From: Chiloscyllium plagiosum
Lineage: Eukaryota
Assembly: GCF_004010195.1 (NCBI RefSeq)
Contig: NC_057751.1
Location: 17,533,380-17,595,441 of the forward strand
Direction of reading: 5' to 3'
DNA: 62,062 nt
The translations under genes were made by a program, and so were the position numbers. The number at the start of each line of letters is the position of its first letter. Positions within the stretch are counted from its first letter, which is position 1. This document shows, one piece after another, positions 1 through 11,539 of this stretch. The notes under the pieces were generated by a model. It did no database searches, was not told the DNA's origin, and saw only the letters and a list, made by a program, of their open reading frames with translations.

Positions 1-1965
1 GCAGTTCAGAAGCTGTCCCTGCTCCATTCCATGCCTCCAGCCCATTTTGGTCAGTGGCACTAGCCCGCTCCAGCTTTCAGGCGTTCAAGAGTGCAACCAC
101 CTCTGCTACAATCTTGCTCTCCGCCACTCCACGCTGTTCTGAGACTCCAGCCCGCCTTGCTCCGCCACTCAGCTGCTCCATGAGAAGCTTTATTGCCAGA
201 AAGCTCCACGTTTCAACATTCCAGTGAAGAAATAGAGTGGAAGGAAAAGGAGAGAAACAAATGGACTGCCGATCCATGGAGTGAATGTTCCAAATGCTTA
301 AACTCTGTCACTGCTTTCTTGGAAATTTGAAGAACAGAGGGATGCTCTTCCTAGTGTGGTCACCTGTAATTACCCCAGGTTAACATTATTTGAACTGGAA
401 AATAATTCGTCTCAATTTTACGTCATTGAGCTTTGTTTTGGACCTTCGCCTATTTGCATTATTGAACTATGGCTTCTGTGTTGTTAGAATGAACATACCA
501 CATTTGATATTTAATTAGGAGTGCACTTAAAGTCCATGCAAAGTTTATTATATGTTGATGATCTGCGCAATAAATGATCCTTCTCAGAAAAATGCAACAA
601 AGTTACCTACAATCTCTCAGAGTATCCAATGACTAAGTATTAACAGTACACTTAGTGAAGAAATTTATCATCCCTTTAGTCTATACTTTCTGCACTATCA
701 ACCGAGGTCTCCGAGACTTAGTTCAAGATTGTCCTGTCAAAGTGAAACAAACTTCTCAGAATCAATATAGTAAACGTGTTCAAGAATGTTACCCGTCTGA
801 AAGAGAACATATCTTGTTCGTTTCCTATAATCCACGAACCGCTGATATGCTCTCCTTCATCTTTACTCATTGGTCCACATTCGTGTTTTGACTGCTGAGA
901 ATGGTGTACACGATACATTGCCGTAAAGAGAGTTGTTCTCTCTTGTTCTTTTTGCAGATGAGTGTTGCCAATATGGTGCTGAAATGTCTCCACCTGTCGG
1001 CAGTTGGTGAACACTGCTGATTTCACACTTGGCTTTTTTTTTGGGACACAAAAAAAAATCATGAGCGAGCACGATAAGATCCACACAGATCCAACGGATT
1101 AGGTTTCACATAGTCATTTTTTTTTACTGCATCCCGGAGGCTCACAGTTTGAACATTCTGTTGATAGAGTGACAGCAAATATAGAGAGGCTTCGTCTTAT
1201 AAATCACAAGACAAAAAAGTGCCTTTCAGACTTTTTTTCTCCAGGACTGGAGTGAGATAAGACATGAGAATAATAATTGCGTTCCTGAATAACCTTTGCA
1301 AAGGGTATGATTATATTAGAATGCCAATAAAGATACAATTGCCAATCAGTGGTTAAATAATACAATAACTTGCTTATCTATGTCAATGGGGATATTTTCT
1401 TTTTGATTTATTTTAATTGTGTTGTGAGAATATAGTTTGTTTTGTTGAAAGTTTAGTTGAAAGAAAATCGAATCATATGTGGAACACAGCGCGTTACCCT
1501 TACGGTAATAAAGTATAATTAAGATATACAATCCCCATTATATAACTTAGGACGAATGTGTGTCGGGGTGGAGTGGGTCGAATCAGGTCCGGTTTGCTCT
1601 CGACCATAATAATGAAAATGTCTCACGAACATCTGCCGAGAAAGGAAATCCTTCAGACATAATCACTTGCCCAGAACAGATTTAGGGGAAATTTTAAATT
1701 CGAAATCATCTCTATCCCACAGCTAGGATGTCAAATGTACTGTGTAGAAATGTTGCTTGAACAACAGATACCCAGACAATGTGTACTTTTTGCAGCCTTG
1801 TGCCCACAGCCCATAATGTCCACAACCGTCTAACACCATTCCACCTCACTAAGCAAGGGACAGTCTGACGAGAGACATGATCAGCTTTAATCTAATTGGC
1901 ACTGATTTCATGTCTCGCCAAAGTGTTTGTTGTATATTTATTTTCTAATTCAGGCTTACAAGGGT

Positions 1966-2079
1966 ACATTGTGTAAGGGATGCATTAACGTTTGATGTAA
2001 GTTAGTGTTATGACTTTGTGTAGTACACCATTATAGGCTATGGTTCACGAGATATTTGGCATAGATTTAAAGTAGTCAT
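1966..2079 (+). repeat. 114-bp direct repeat, copy 1 (copy 2 at 2669-2782), flanking a composite TE insertion
   Basis: ACATTGTGTAAGGGATGC...AAAGTAGTCAT recurs at 2669-2782 with 6 substitutions and no indels. Confidence 0.95.
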
Positions 2080-2110
2080 AGAACATAGAACATAGAACGT
2101 AGAAGAATAC
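2077..2110 (-). mobile_element. 3' tail fragment of CR1/HER1-type LINE
   Basis: (CATAGAA)n followed by GAATAC; reverse complement of the (TTCTATG)n tail; the same TAGAAGAATAC motif begins the LINE tail near 61398. Confidence 0.7.
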
Positions 2111-2337
2111 GGCACGGTGGCACAGTGGTTCGCACTGCTGCCTCACAGCGCCAGAGACCCGGGTTCAATTCCCGCCTCAGGCGACTGACTGTGTGGAGTT
2201 TGCACGTTCTCTCCGTGGGTTTCCTCCGGATGCTCCAGTTTCCTCCCACAGTCCAAAGATGTGCAGGTCAGGTGAATTGGCCATGCTAAATTGGTAAGGG
2301 GTAAATGTAGGGGTATGGGTGGGTTGCGCTTCGGCGG
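2111..2337 (+). mobile_element. HE1-like tRNA-derived V-SINE, 3' truncated
   Basis: A-box TGGCACAGTGG, B-box GGTTCAATTCC, V-domain TGTGTGGAGTTTGCACGTTCTC...GGTTTCCTCC. Confidence 0.9.
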
Positions 2338-2665
2338 CCTTCCTAGACCTTTCCATTTCTATCTCGGGTGACCGAATCAACACAGACATTTACTATAAAC
2401 CGACCGACTCCCACAGCTACCTAGACTGCACCTCCTCCCACCCTGCCCCTGTAAAAACGCCGTCCCATATTCCCAATTCCTTCGTCTCCGCCGCATCTGC
2501 TCCCATGAGGACCAGTTCCAATACCGTACAACCCGGATGGCCTACTTCTCCAAAGACCGCAATTTTCCCCCCAGACGTGATCGACGATACCCTCCACCGC
2601 ATCTCCTCCACTTCCCGCTCCTCCACCCTTGAGCCCCGCCCCTCCAACCGCCACCAGGACAGAAC
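2338..2665 (+). mobile_element. Penelope-like element fragment (RT C-terminal/thumb region)
   Basis: FLDLSISISGDRINTDIYYKPTDSHSYLD..SSHP; after a frameshift PYSQFLRLRRICS, typical PLE RT motifs. Confidence 0.9.
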
Positions 2666-2668
2666 GAC

Positions 2669-2782
2669 ACATTGTGTAAGGGATGCATTAACGTTTGGTG
2701 AAAGTTAGTGTCATGACTTTGTGTAGTACACCATTATAGGCGATGGTTCACGAGATATTTGGCATAGGTTGAAAGTAGTCAT
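2669..2782 (+). repeat. 114-bp direct repeat, copy 2
   Basis: Matches 1966-2079. Confidence 0.95.
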
Positions 2783-3078
2783 TTGGATAACGATAACCAT
2801 TAATTTGAGGGTCAGCACGGAGTTGCGGCATGTTTGTGTACATGTTGCAGTGTGCATAAAAAATACAAATAGGATTGCCATTTGATAGCGTTGAGCCATC
2901 AAATTAGACAGAGTTGTCGTTAATATTAAAGCTGGCATAAGGATCAAAGTGGAATTTCATTTACAATTAGAACATTGGATTAATTTACTTCTGAGTTTCG
3001 TTGAAAACGAGATTCACATTTTACCAAGTAACCAGGACTAACCTATGAAGGATGAAGCCAGAAAGCAACAACACATAA

Positions 3079-3146
3079 TGTGTGTGTGTGTGCGTGTGTC
3101 TGTGTGTGTCTGTGTGTGTCTGTGTGTCTGTCTGTGTCTGTCTGTC

Positions 3147-3179
<33 letters not shown>
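3079..3179. repeat. Compound microsatellite (TG)n/(TGTC)n/(GA)n
   Basis: Directly visible. Confidence 0.98.
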
Positions 3180-4559
3180 CCGACAGACTTGGCAAAGAAA
3201 ATAAAGAGACATGTTCGAATATGTTGGTGAAATAACATAAGTATGGATTAATATTGGGAAGTGACAATACGAAATTTTACGGAAAGACAGCTTTCCCGTG
3301 CCCTTGAATGTGTTGCTCCTTCAACACGTGGTACAGCAATGTATGTGGAACAAAATCGTCGTAACATTGTTTTTTTCAGGAAATATATAAGCGTTTTGCT
3401 AATGTTTGCAGAACTTGCTAGGTTGATGGGAGCTGTAGATTTGAAAGTCATAATAAAATGAAGAAAAGTGAATATGTTTTCTGAAACAGAGATCATATTA
3501 GGTATACTCAGTAAGTGCCAGAATGTCACACGACACAGTGGAAGAAGGAATATATTTACTAAACTGATAGAGTACGAAAAACAATTTATGCACAAAAAAA
3601 GGCCATTTCAGTTTTATCGCAGATATGTCACCTCGATTCGAATTCATAACAAAATGGAAACAAACCAAAGAATGGAAACGTAACATGAAACAGACATTTT
3701 GGATTAATTTATTGTCAATTTTCAGGTTGGCGAATTTTAAAATGCTGATGCTATGGAGCTTTACAATCTAAATTCATGCGAAGGAGGCAATGAATTCTGT
3801 TACAGCACCGTTTCCTCATCTACTTCAGACATCAGAAGACGGAAAATGCTATTCCAACATCAACATAGCTTTGCTGTTCAAGATGATCACAGATTATTAT
3901 TCAAATCAGAATAGTCTTTCCACCTTTTCCATTTGATTTCTTCACTCCTCCGAAACATATCGATCTCCCAATTCACTGTCTTCAGTAGGTTTGCCTGAAC
4001 CGTTGCGTATGGCAGAGAATTTCATGAAACCACTAGTCTCTGGTTGGATGCCTTTTTGTTCATCTCAATGTGAAATCCCCTCCTTCTATTTCTAAAACTG
4101 TGAGCAGCGCTTCTGGACTACTCGCAGACGAAAAATATCCTTCCATGTTTATATTGCCGAGTCCTCTTTGAATTTTAAGGGGTTCTGTAAGTTTCTCCAG
4201 ACCACATTCATCTGAACTCCAGTGAGTACATTCGTCGTGGGATAAAGGACTGTGGATACTGAAGATCTGAATTTTTAAAAAATTAGTCATTGTGAAAGGG
4301 CTCTAAAATGACAAGTGGTATTTCAGGTCAGACATGATTCTATCAGAATGCCAGGTTGGCTCGAGGCGCATAATGGCATTCCATTGACCCACCACGTTTT
4401 TGCTTCTGGCACTTTCGTTACCTGAACAAATTGAGAATGTTATACTAATAGCTGCTTCCTCATAAAAGCAAACAAGGACTCCACATCCTTACTTGTGAAA
4501 CAAATCATTTTGATAACCATTCAATTAGCAAATGGGAGACTTCCAAACGTGCAACAATG

Positions 4560-6420
4560 TGAAGAATTAAGTTTAAGATGAGTAAAATTTAAGGCTGGTA
4601 AGAGCCAAGAACAATAAATTAGTAAATATTGTGAGGTCCAGGTCAATAATAAGAAAGAATCATGTATAAGATATGAGCTCAAATGAATCTCTTGCTGTGC
4701 ATAAACAATGCATGACAAACATTCAGAGGGAACTCAAGAGGGAAAAACTGGAGATCAGATCGTCTTAGCAGATATGTTCAGCATAATCCAACGAGAATCT
4801 ACAAAAAGATTAAGAGCAAAGCAGCAACTCGCGAGGAAATATGGCCCCTGAAAGTTCCACGACTTCGTCCAAGTGTTGAATCTCATGTGAGGGGAAAGAC
4901 ACTGAATGAAAATGTCACCTCTTTTTTTTACCGTGGAGAAGTATCTGGAGGCAGAGAATTCAGAAAAATAAATGTTGCTGTTATGAAAACAGTTCATATT
5001 ACAGAAGAGAAAGTGCAGAAGGTCTTATAAAACATAAGATTAGATTACTTACAGTGTGGAAACAGGCCAATCGGCCCAACAAGTCCACACCGTCCCACCG
5101 AAGCGCAACCCACCCAGACCCATTCCCCGACATTTACCCCTTCACCTAAAACTACGGGCAATTTAGCATGGCCAATTCACCTCACCTGCACATTTTTTTG
5201 GATTGTAGAAGGAAACCGGAGCAAACCGACGCAGACACTGGGAGAATGTGCAAACTCTACACAGAGAGTCGCCTGAGGCGGTAATTGAAACCGGGCCTCT
5301 GGCGTTGTGGGACAGCAGTGCTAACCACTGTGCCTATGATCACTTGTATTCTAGGAGGTTTTGGGAAGCTATAATCAACATAAATTGCGGTGGCCCTTAC
5401 AGAAATATGTGTATCTTATGCAATAAATGATGATGTAAGTTACTGAAAGACAGCTTAATCTTATGTCTTTACTCAACAAAGGTTGAAGGAGTAAAGTAAG
5501 CCTGACATTAGTGATGGATGAGTTGTTGGAGGTAATTCTGAAGCATAAGATTTGCATGCATTTGGATGAGTCAGGACAAACTAGACTTTAGTGAGCATGG
5601 TTTTGTATCTGACGAGCTTGATTGAGTCTTTTGAGGAAGTCACCAAAAAGGTTGATGAGGGGTTTAAGGTAGACATTGCCTATATGGGTTTTAGTAAAAT
5701 ATTGACACGGTTCCACATTGTAAACTAGTTTATAAAGTTACATGAAATAGGATTCAGCGTGAAATTGCCAATTGGTCACAAAATTGGCTTGATATGAGTC
5801 GACAGAGGGTTGTGGAAGAGTGTTGGTTTTTGGTCTGGAGGTCATTGAACAGCAGTGTTAATTAGGGATCGTTGCTCGTCCAACTTCTGTATGAAATTTA
5901 TATCAACGATCAGAATGAGAATTTAGAAGGCATCGTTTGTAAGTTTGTCGATGACACCAACATTGTTGGGGTAGTAGAGAGTGAATAATGTCCACCAAGA
6001 TTACATATAACTATTTTTCAAGTAATTCAGAGGTTATGGAGTGTCAGATGGTATTTAATTTAAATGAATACCGGTCTTGCAGTTACGTAAAACAAACAAT
6101 GACAGGACGTACACAAAAAAGAGCAGCGCACTGAGTTGTATTACAGTAATAGACAGACCGAGCTGGTCAGGTACATCATTCCTTGAAATATTTTATTTGC
6201 ATGTCGACAGCTTAGTGAAGAAGCCGTTTGGCACGCTTGCTTTTATTGCACAGAACATTGAGTACAGGATTTGGGACGCGCTGTTGATGTTGAAAAAGGC
6301 GTTGCTGAGGCCTTTTCTGTAATACTGTGTGCATTACTGTGTGCTACTGGAAAGGTATTATTAGCTTGGAGAGGGTTCAGAAAGGTTTGACCAGAATATT
6401 GCCAGGAATAGAACATGTGA
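4560..6420 (+). mobile_element. Decayed CR1/HER1-type LINE ORF2 (RT) remnant, interrupted by a SINE
   Basis: Degenerate GSLLVQ..IYIND and KFVDDT (FADDTK motif) near 5860-5960, then L.RP.L.YCV and LERVQK downstream. Confidence 0.8.
5036..5335 (-). mobile_element. HE1-like V-SINE
   Basis: Reverse complement of the 2111 element, with head GGCACAGTGGTTAGCACTGCTG and (TAATC)n-type tail. Confidence 0.9.
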
Positions 6421-7181
6421 AAACAATCTGAGCGGCAAATCCCTTACTGTTATCAACATGCTTGGAAACTATTTCAGCTCAAATGATCGTCCAAAACCAT
6501 TTTGAATTTCATGAATACCTGCTATATTATGAAGAATATTATTTTACGATGTATATACAGTCCAGGGATGGTTCGGGGGTTGCAAGCGTATATGGACAGA
6601 GTATCCTTGGAGAAGACACGGAGCAGATGGACGCGATAGAATTCAGAAGAATGAGAGCTGGGATGTTACATGAGCCAAGGAGGTAGGATGGGGCAAATAT
6701 GGACAAAAAATATTCTTTCCCCTCTTGGATGTATGTCGGTCCAAACAGTATTATCTCAGAATAATGTGACACACAATTCAAACAGGGGAATGAGCAATTG
6801 TTTCACTCAGAGGGGATGAAATCTGTTTCATTCTTCGTTGTAGAGGGGTTTCGAATTTGTGCTGTCAAGTACATTCAAGGATGTGAAGAAAGACTGTTAA
6901 TCGGGACTGGAGGCAAGGATTATTGGGAAAAGAGAATTAAGGGGAGTCTGTGATTAGCAGATCAGCCATAACCTAATTGACTGGCAGAGCAGACTCGATT
7001 ACCTAAATTGACTACTGCTGCTCCTGCATTTTCGGATCTAATTGAGGTCCCTTGGGACACTCTTCCTGAATAATGGTTGTAACGAAGTCTTTGATGGCCT
7101 TTCAAGGAATATTTAGAGAGAATCCTGCATAACGAGAGTGTTTATGGTTTGCAATGTGGACAGGAATGCAGCTTTGAGATT

Positions 7182-8440
7182 TCAGCTGAAAGTTATGCCT
7201 CATTCTTGTTGACGCTTCGAGTTCCGAGAACAAGGGAGCTCACAGAACCCTCCAGAACCAGTCTGATGATACAAGTGGAGATAAAATGATGATAAATATA
7301 TTCAGAGAGAAAGGGGGAGTTCATGGAATTCTCTGCTGCAGAGAATAGTTGGATTAAATACATTGAATTTTTCCAAGCAAGGAGTTGGATATCATTCTTG
7401 AAATGGAGAGCCAATAGAAGAGGGGACAGAGTTGGACGGTGATCCACATGATCTATTGAATTGCAGAGCAGACTGGAAAGGGTTAGGTCCAAGCCTCTCT
7501 GTCAGGAAGGAAATGGAGATCGGGAAAGGCAGGAAACCGGTGAAACCAGTGTACCTCTGATACATTGTATGCTTGCTATTTCTCAGCAGTGCCAACAGTT
7601 GGCTGTTTGTCCTGCCTGAAAATATAATTACAGAATATGGATCACTAACTTCGGTCGTTTTCATAAACTGTTCAAAGGTACTGTAAAAATGCTCTTCCAG
7701 AACTTGCAAGGGTTCAGAAACGATTTACAAGGATGTTGCCAGGGTTGGAGTATTCAAACCATTCGGAGAAGCTGAATTAGTTGGTGTTGATTTCTTCGGA
7801 GCATCGGAGAGTGAGCAGTGACTTTACAAATGTTGAGAAAATCATGAGCGTCATGCGCAGGGTAAAAAACAAGGTGTTTTTTTTTTTGGGGTGGGGGAGT
7901 CCAGAACGAGATGGCATAAGTTTAGAGAGAGATTGAGAAACTTTAAAAGTAATGTAAGTGGCATCTTTTCATACAGAGGGTGGTGTGTGCACAGAATGAG
8001 CTGCTGGAGGTAGTGGTCGAGGCTCGGAGAATTACAACATTGAAAAGGCATTGGAATGTGTATATGAATAGGAATGGTTAAAAGTGATATTGGCCAAGAG
8101 CTGGAAAATGGGATTAGATTATTTTAGGAGATCTTGTCGTCTTGGATGAGTTTGACTGACGTGTCTGTTTCTGTGCTGTACATCTCTATGACTCCACCAG
8201 ACAAAACAAGAAGTATCTCCAAGCGCAAGGATTTGAACTTTCTGAAGTATTGGAGACGTTCTCCACCATTATTTACATCCAAGTGGGGTTTTAAGTGACC
8301 TAGTTTTAATTATTTCAAAAATCACTTGAAGTTACAAATCAAATTTTGCACTCATTCACTGAACATTTAAATAGAGTCACAGAGTTGCACAGCTTGAAAA
8401 CAGACCATTTTTGTCCAATTTGTCCATGCCAACCAGATAT
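7182..8440 (+). repeat. Local duplication of about 1.26 kb, copy 1 (contains two CR1 3' fragments)
   Basis: TCAGCTGAAAGTTATGCC...GCCAACCAGATAT repeated at 9832-11094; ORFs 7851-8051 and 10505-10705 translate identically. Confidence 0.95.
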
Positions 8441-8583
8441 GGAAAGGTGTTGTGAAACTTGAAAGGGTTCAGAAAAGATTTACAAGGATGTTGTCAGGGT
8501 TGGAGGATTTGAGCTACAGGGAGAGGCTGAACAGGCTGAGGGCTGTTTTCCCTGGAATGTCGGAGGCTGAAGGGTGACCTTAT
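8441..8583 (+). mobile_element. CR1-type LINE fragment
   Basis: LERVQKRFTRMLSGLEDLSYRERLNRL. Confidence 0.85.
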
Positions 8584-8858
8584 AACAAACCAACAGCCAC
8601 TCTCAGACAACAACTCACCAGAACGAAGGACCCAATACCCAGCATGAGCAAAACCAATGTAGTGCACAAAATCCCATGCAAGGACTGCACAAAACACTAC
8701 ATAGGACAAACAGGAAGACAGCTAACGATCCGCATCCATGAACACCAACTAGCCACGAAACGACACGACCAGCTATCCTTAGTAGCAACATACGCAGATG
8801 ACAAGCAACACGAATTCGACTGGGGCAACACTACTAATATAGGACAAGCCAAACAAAG

Positions 8859-9057
8859 CTGAAAATGTATTGCTGGAAAAGCACAGCAGGTCAGGCAGCA
8901 TCCAGGGAACAGGAGAATCGACGTTTAGGGCATAAGCCCTTCCTGAAGAAGGGCTTATGCCCGAAACGTCGATTCTCCTGTTCCCTGGATGCTGCCTGAC
9001 CTGCTGCGCTTTTCCAGCAACACATTTCCAGCTCTGATCTCCAGATCACTTTCTCCT
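8859..9057. mobile_element. Palindromic Penelope pLTR-derived mini-insertion with 14-bp TSD
   Basis: About 85-bp inverted arms around CTGAA; TSD CAAGCCAAACAAAG at 8845-8858 and 9058-9071. Confidence 0.9.
8940..8973 (+). ncRNA. Minimal type I hammerhead ribozyme motif
   Basis: CUGAAGA-A-GGGC UUAU GCCC-GAAAC-GUC; stem I only about 2 bp. Confidence 0.6.
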
Positions 9058-9241
9058 CAAGCCAAACAAAGAACACTCAGGGATTTCCTAGAGGCATGAC
9101 ACTCATCCACAGATTCAATCAATAAGCACATCGACCTGGACCCAATATACCGACCATGGCAGCAGACAGTTGGAACTGACAACTAAACCACTACAAATGC
9201 CAGAGGAAAGATCACAGAAGCGCTTCACAGGAGGCTCCCAA

Positions 9242-9281
9242 GCACTGAGGATGTCACCTAGACAGGGGATGAAACGTCTGC
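9242..9281 (+). ncRNA. Minimal type I hammerhead ribozyme in Penelope pLTR
   Basis: GCA-CUGAGGA-U-GUCACCU AGAC AGGGGAU-GAAAC-GUC-UGC: intact core, stem I GCA/UGC, palindromic ACGU stem III. Confidence 0.75.
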
Positions 9282-9831
9282 AACACAAATTCCCAGCTCG
9301 GCGAACAGAACCACAACAACGAGCAACCGAGCTACAAATCTTTTCACAGACTATGAACATAAAACAGAAGAACATAAGAAATACGAGTAGGGTTGGCCAT
9401 GTGCCCCGTCGAGCCTGCTTTGACATTCAATAAGATCATGACTGGTGATTTGCGCACTCTGATTCATTTACCCATTCTCCCACAATAACGCCTAATTGAT
9501 TTACTGTTCAAAAATCTATCTTTGCCTTCAAAGTAGTCGAGGAGGTGTCATCAACTATTTCAGTTGGCAGGGGACTTCCACATATTTATCACCATTTTTG
9601 TGAAAAAGTTTCATCTCAACTCGGTGCTACCTCTGCTCCCCTTTATTCTAATGTATTAGCCCTGACATGTCGTTTCTCCTGCGAGTAGAAACAATATCTT
9701 CGTTATTCCTCCAGAATTATGTCTCATGGCATTTTCAAGTTTGTGAGTTTTACTGCTTCAACGAGTTTCCCAGCAATTTCCAGAACTCCGCCAGTATAAA
9801 AATATTTTCCTCCTTCGAAATCTTATGGCTA

Positions 9832-11094
9832 TCAGCTGAAAGTTATGCCTCATTCTTGTTGAAGCTTCGTGTTCTGAGAACCAGGGGGCTCACAGAACCC
9901 TCCAGAACCCATCTGAGGATACGAAGTGGGGATAAAATGAGGATAAATATCTTCACCCAGAGAGAAAGGGGGAGCTCGTGGAATTCTCTGCTGCAGAAAA
10001 TATTTGGATTAAATACATTGAAATTTTCCAAGCAGGAGTTGGATATCATTCTTGAAATGGAGATCGTATAGAAGAGGGGACAGAGTTGGATGGTGAGTCA
10101 CATGATCTATTGAATTGCAGAGCAGACTGGTAAGGGTTAGGTCCGAGCCTCTCTGTCAGGAAGGAAATGGAGATCGGGAAAGGAAGGATACCGGTGAAAC
10201 CGGTGTACCTCTGATACATTGTATGCTTGCTATTTCACAGCAGTGCCAACCGTTGGCTGTTTAACCTCCCTGAAAATATAATGAAAGAATATGGATCACT
10301 AACTTCAGTCGTTTTCATAAACTGTTCAAAGGTACTGTAAAAATGCTCTTCCAGAACTTGCAAGGGTTCAGAAACGATTTACAAGGATGTTGCCAGGGTT
10401 GGAGTATTCAAACCATTCGGAGAAGCTGAATTAGTTGGTGTTGATTTCTTCGGAGTATCGGAGAGTGAGCGGTGACTTTACAAATGTTGAGAAAATCATG
10501 AGCGTCATGCGCAGGGTAAAAAACAAGGTGTTTTTTTTTTTGGGGTGGGGGAGTCCAGAACGAGATGGCATAAGTTTAGAGAGAGATTGAGAAACTTTAA
10601 AAGTAATGTAAGTGGCATCTTTTCATACAGAGGGTGGTGTGTGCACAGAATGAGCTGCTGGAGGTAGTGGTCGAGGCTCGGAGAATTACAACATTGAAAA
10701 GGCATTGGAATGTGTATATGAATAGGAATGGTTAAAAGTGATATTGGCCAAGAGCTGGAAAATGGGATTAGATTATTTTAGGAGATCTTGTCGTCTTGGA
10801 TGAGTTTGACTGACGTGTCTGTTTCTGTGCTGTACATCTCTATGACTCCACCAGACAAAACAAGAAGTATCTCCAAGCGCAAGGATTTGAACTTTCTGAA
10901 GTATTGGAGACGTTCTCCACCATTATTTACATCCAAGTGGGGTTTTAAGTGACCTAGTTTTAATTATTTCAAAAATCACTTGAAGTTACAAATCAAATTT
11001 TGCACTCATTCACTGAACATTTAAATAGAGTCACAGAGTTGCACAGCTTGAAAACAGACCATTTTTGTCCAATTTGTCCATGCCAACCAGATAT
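9832..11094 (+). repeat. Local duplication of about 1.26 kb, copy 2
   Basis: Matches 7182-8440. Confidence 0.95.
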
Positions 11095-11490
11095 CCTAAA
11101 TTAATCTATTCCCACTTTCCATAGTTTCATCCCACTTCCTTCTAAACCTTTCCTCTTCATGTACCGATACAAGATGCCTTTTATATGTTTTAACTGCACC
11201 ACCTTTGTCCAGCAGCTCACTCCATACGATTACCACTCTCTCCCCTGTAGTTTTGGACTCCACTAACACAAGGAAAAGACCTTCACTATTACAATGATCC
11301 GTGTTCCTCCTGATTTGAAAGCACTGCGAGGTCACACCTCAGGTCTCCAAAGCTCCAGGGGAAGCAGCCTCAGCTTATTCAGAACCTCAACCCCTGAACT
11401 CTGGGATAGCTCAACCCCTCGATCCCTGGCAACATTCTTCTAAATCTTTTTTGAAACTTTTGAAGTATCACAACAACATTTCCATAGCAG
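11020..11490 (-). mobile_element. CR1-type LINE 3' fragment
   Basis: Begins with the AGAGTCACAGAG tail in reverse; reverse complement reads KRFRRMLPG near 11425-11450. Confidence 0.75.
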
Positions 11491-11539
11491 TCCAACTGAA
11501 AGTTTATTTAAACATAAACCAAATAACATGCAAACCACT

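Larger units (their letters stand above)
8584..9352 (+). mobile_element. Penelope element 3' part (GIY-YIG endonuclease plus pLTR), interrupted by a palindromic insertion
   Basis: NVVHKIPCKDC.KHYIGQTGR.L..RIHEH; after the insert the protein resumes as KQRTLRDFLEA*HS..SINKHIDLDPIY. Confidence 0.92.

Noticed and set aside
77..277. 66-aa ORF, possibly LINE ORF1-like coiled coil
   Set aside because: Too short and cut by the window edge to support a call
655..1086. Overlapping short ORFs
   Set aside because: No recognisable motif or splice context; homopolymer-rich
2111..2180. tRNA gene (also 55490-55562 and 61872-61960)
   Set aside because: A/B boxes belong to SINE heads that run on into SINE body sequence; no complete cloverleaf
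3021..3267. His/Thr- or Cys/Val-rich ORFs
   Set aside because: Translations of the microsatellite
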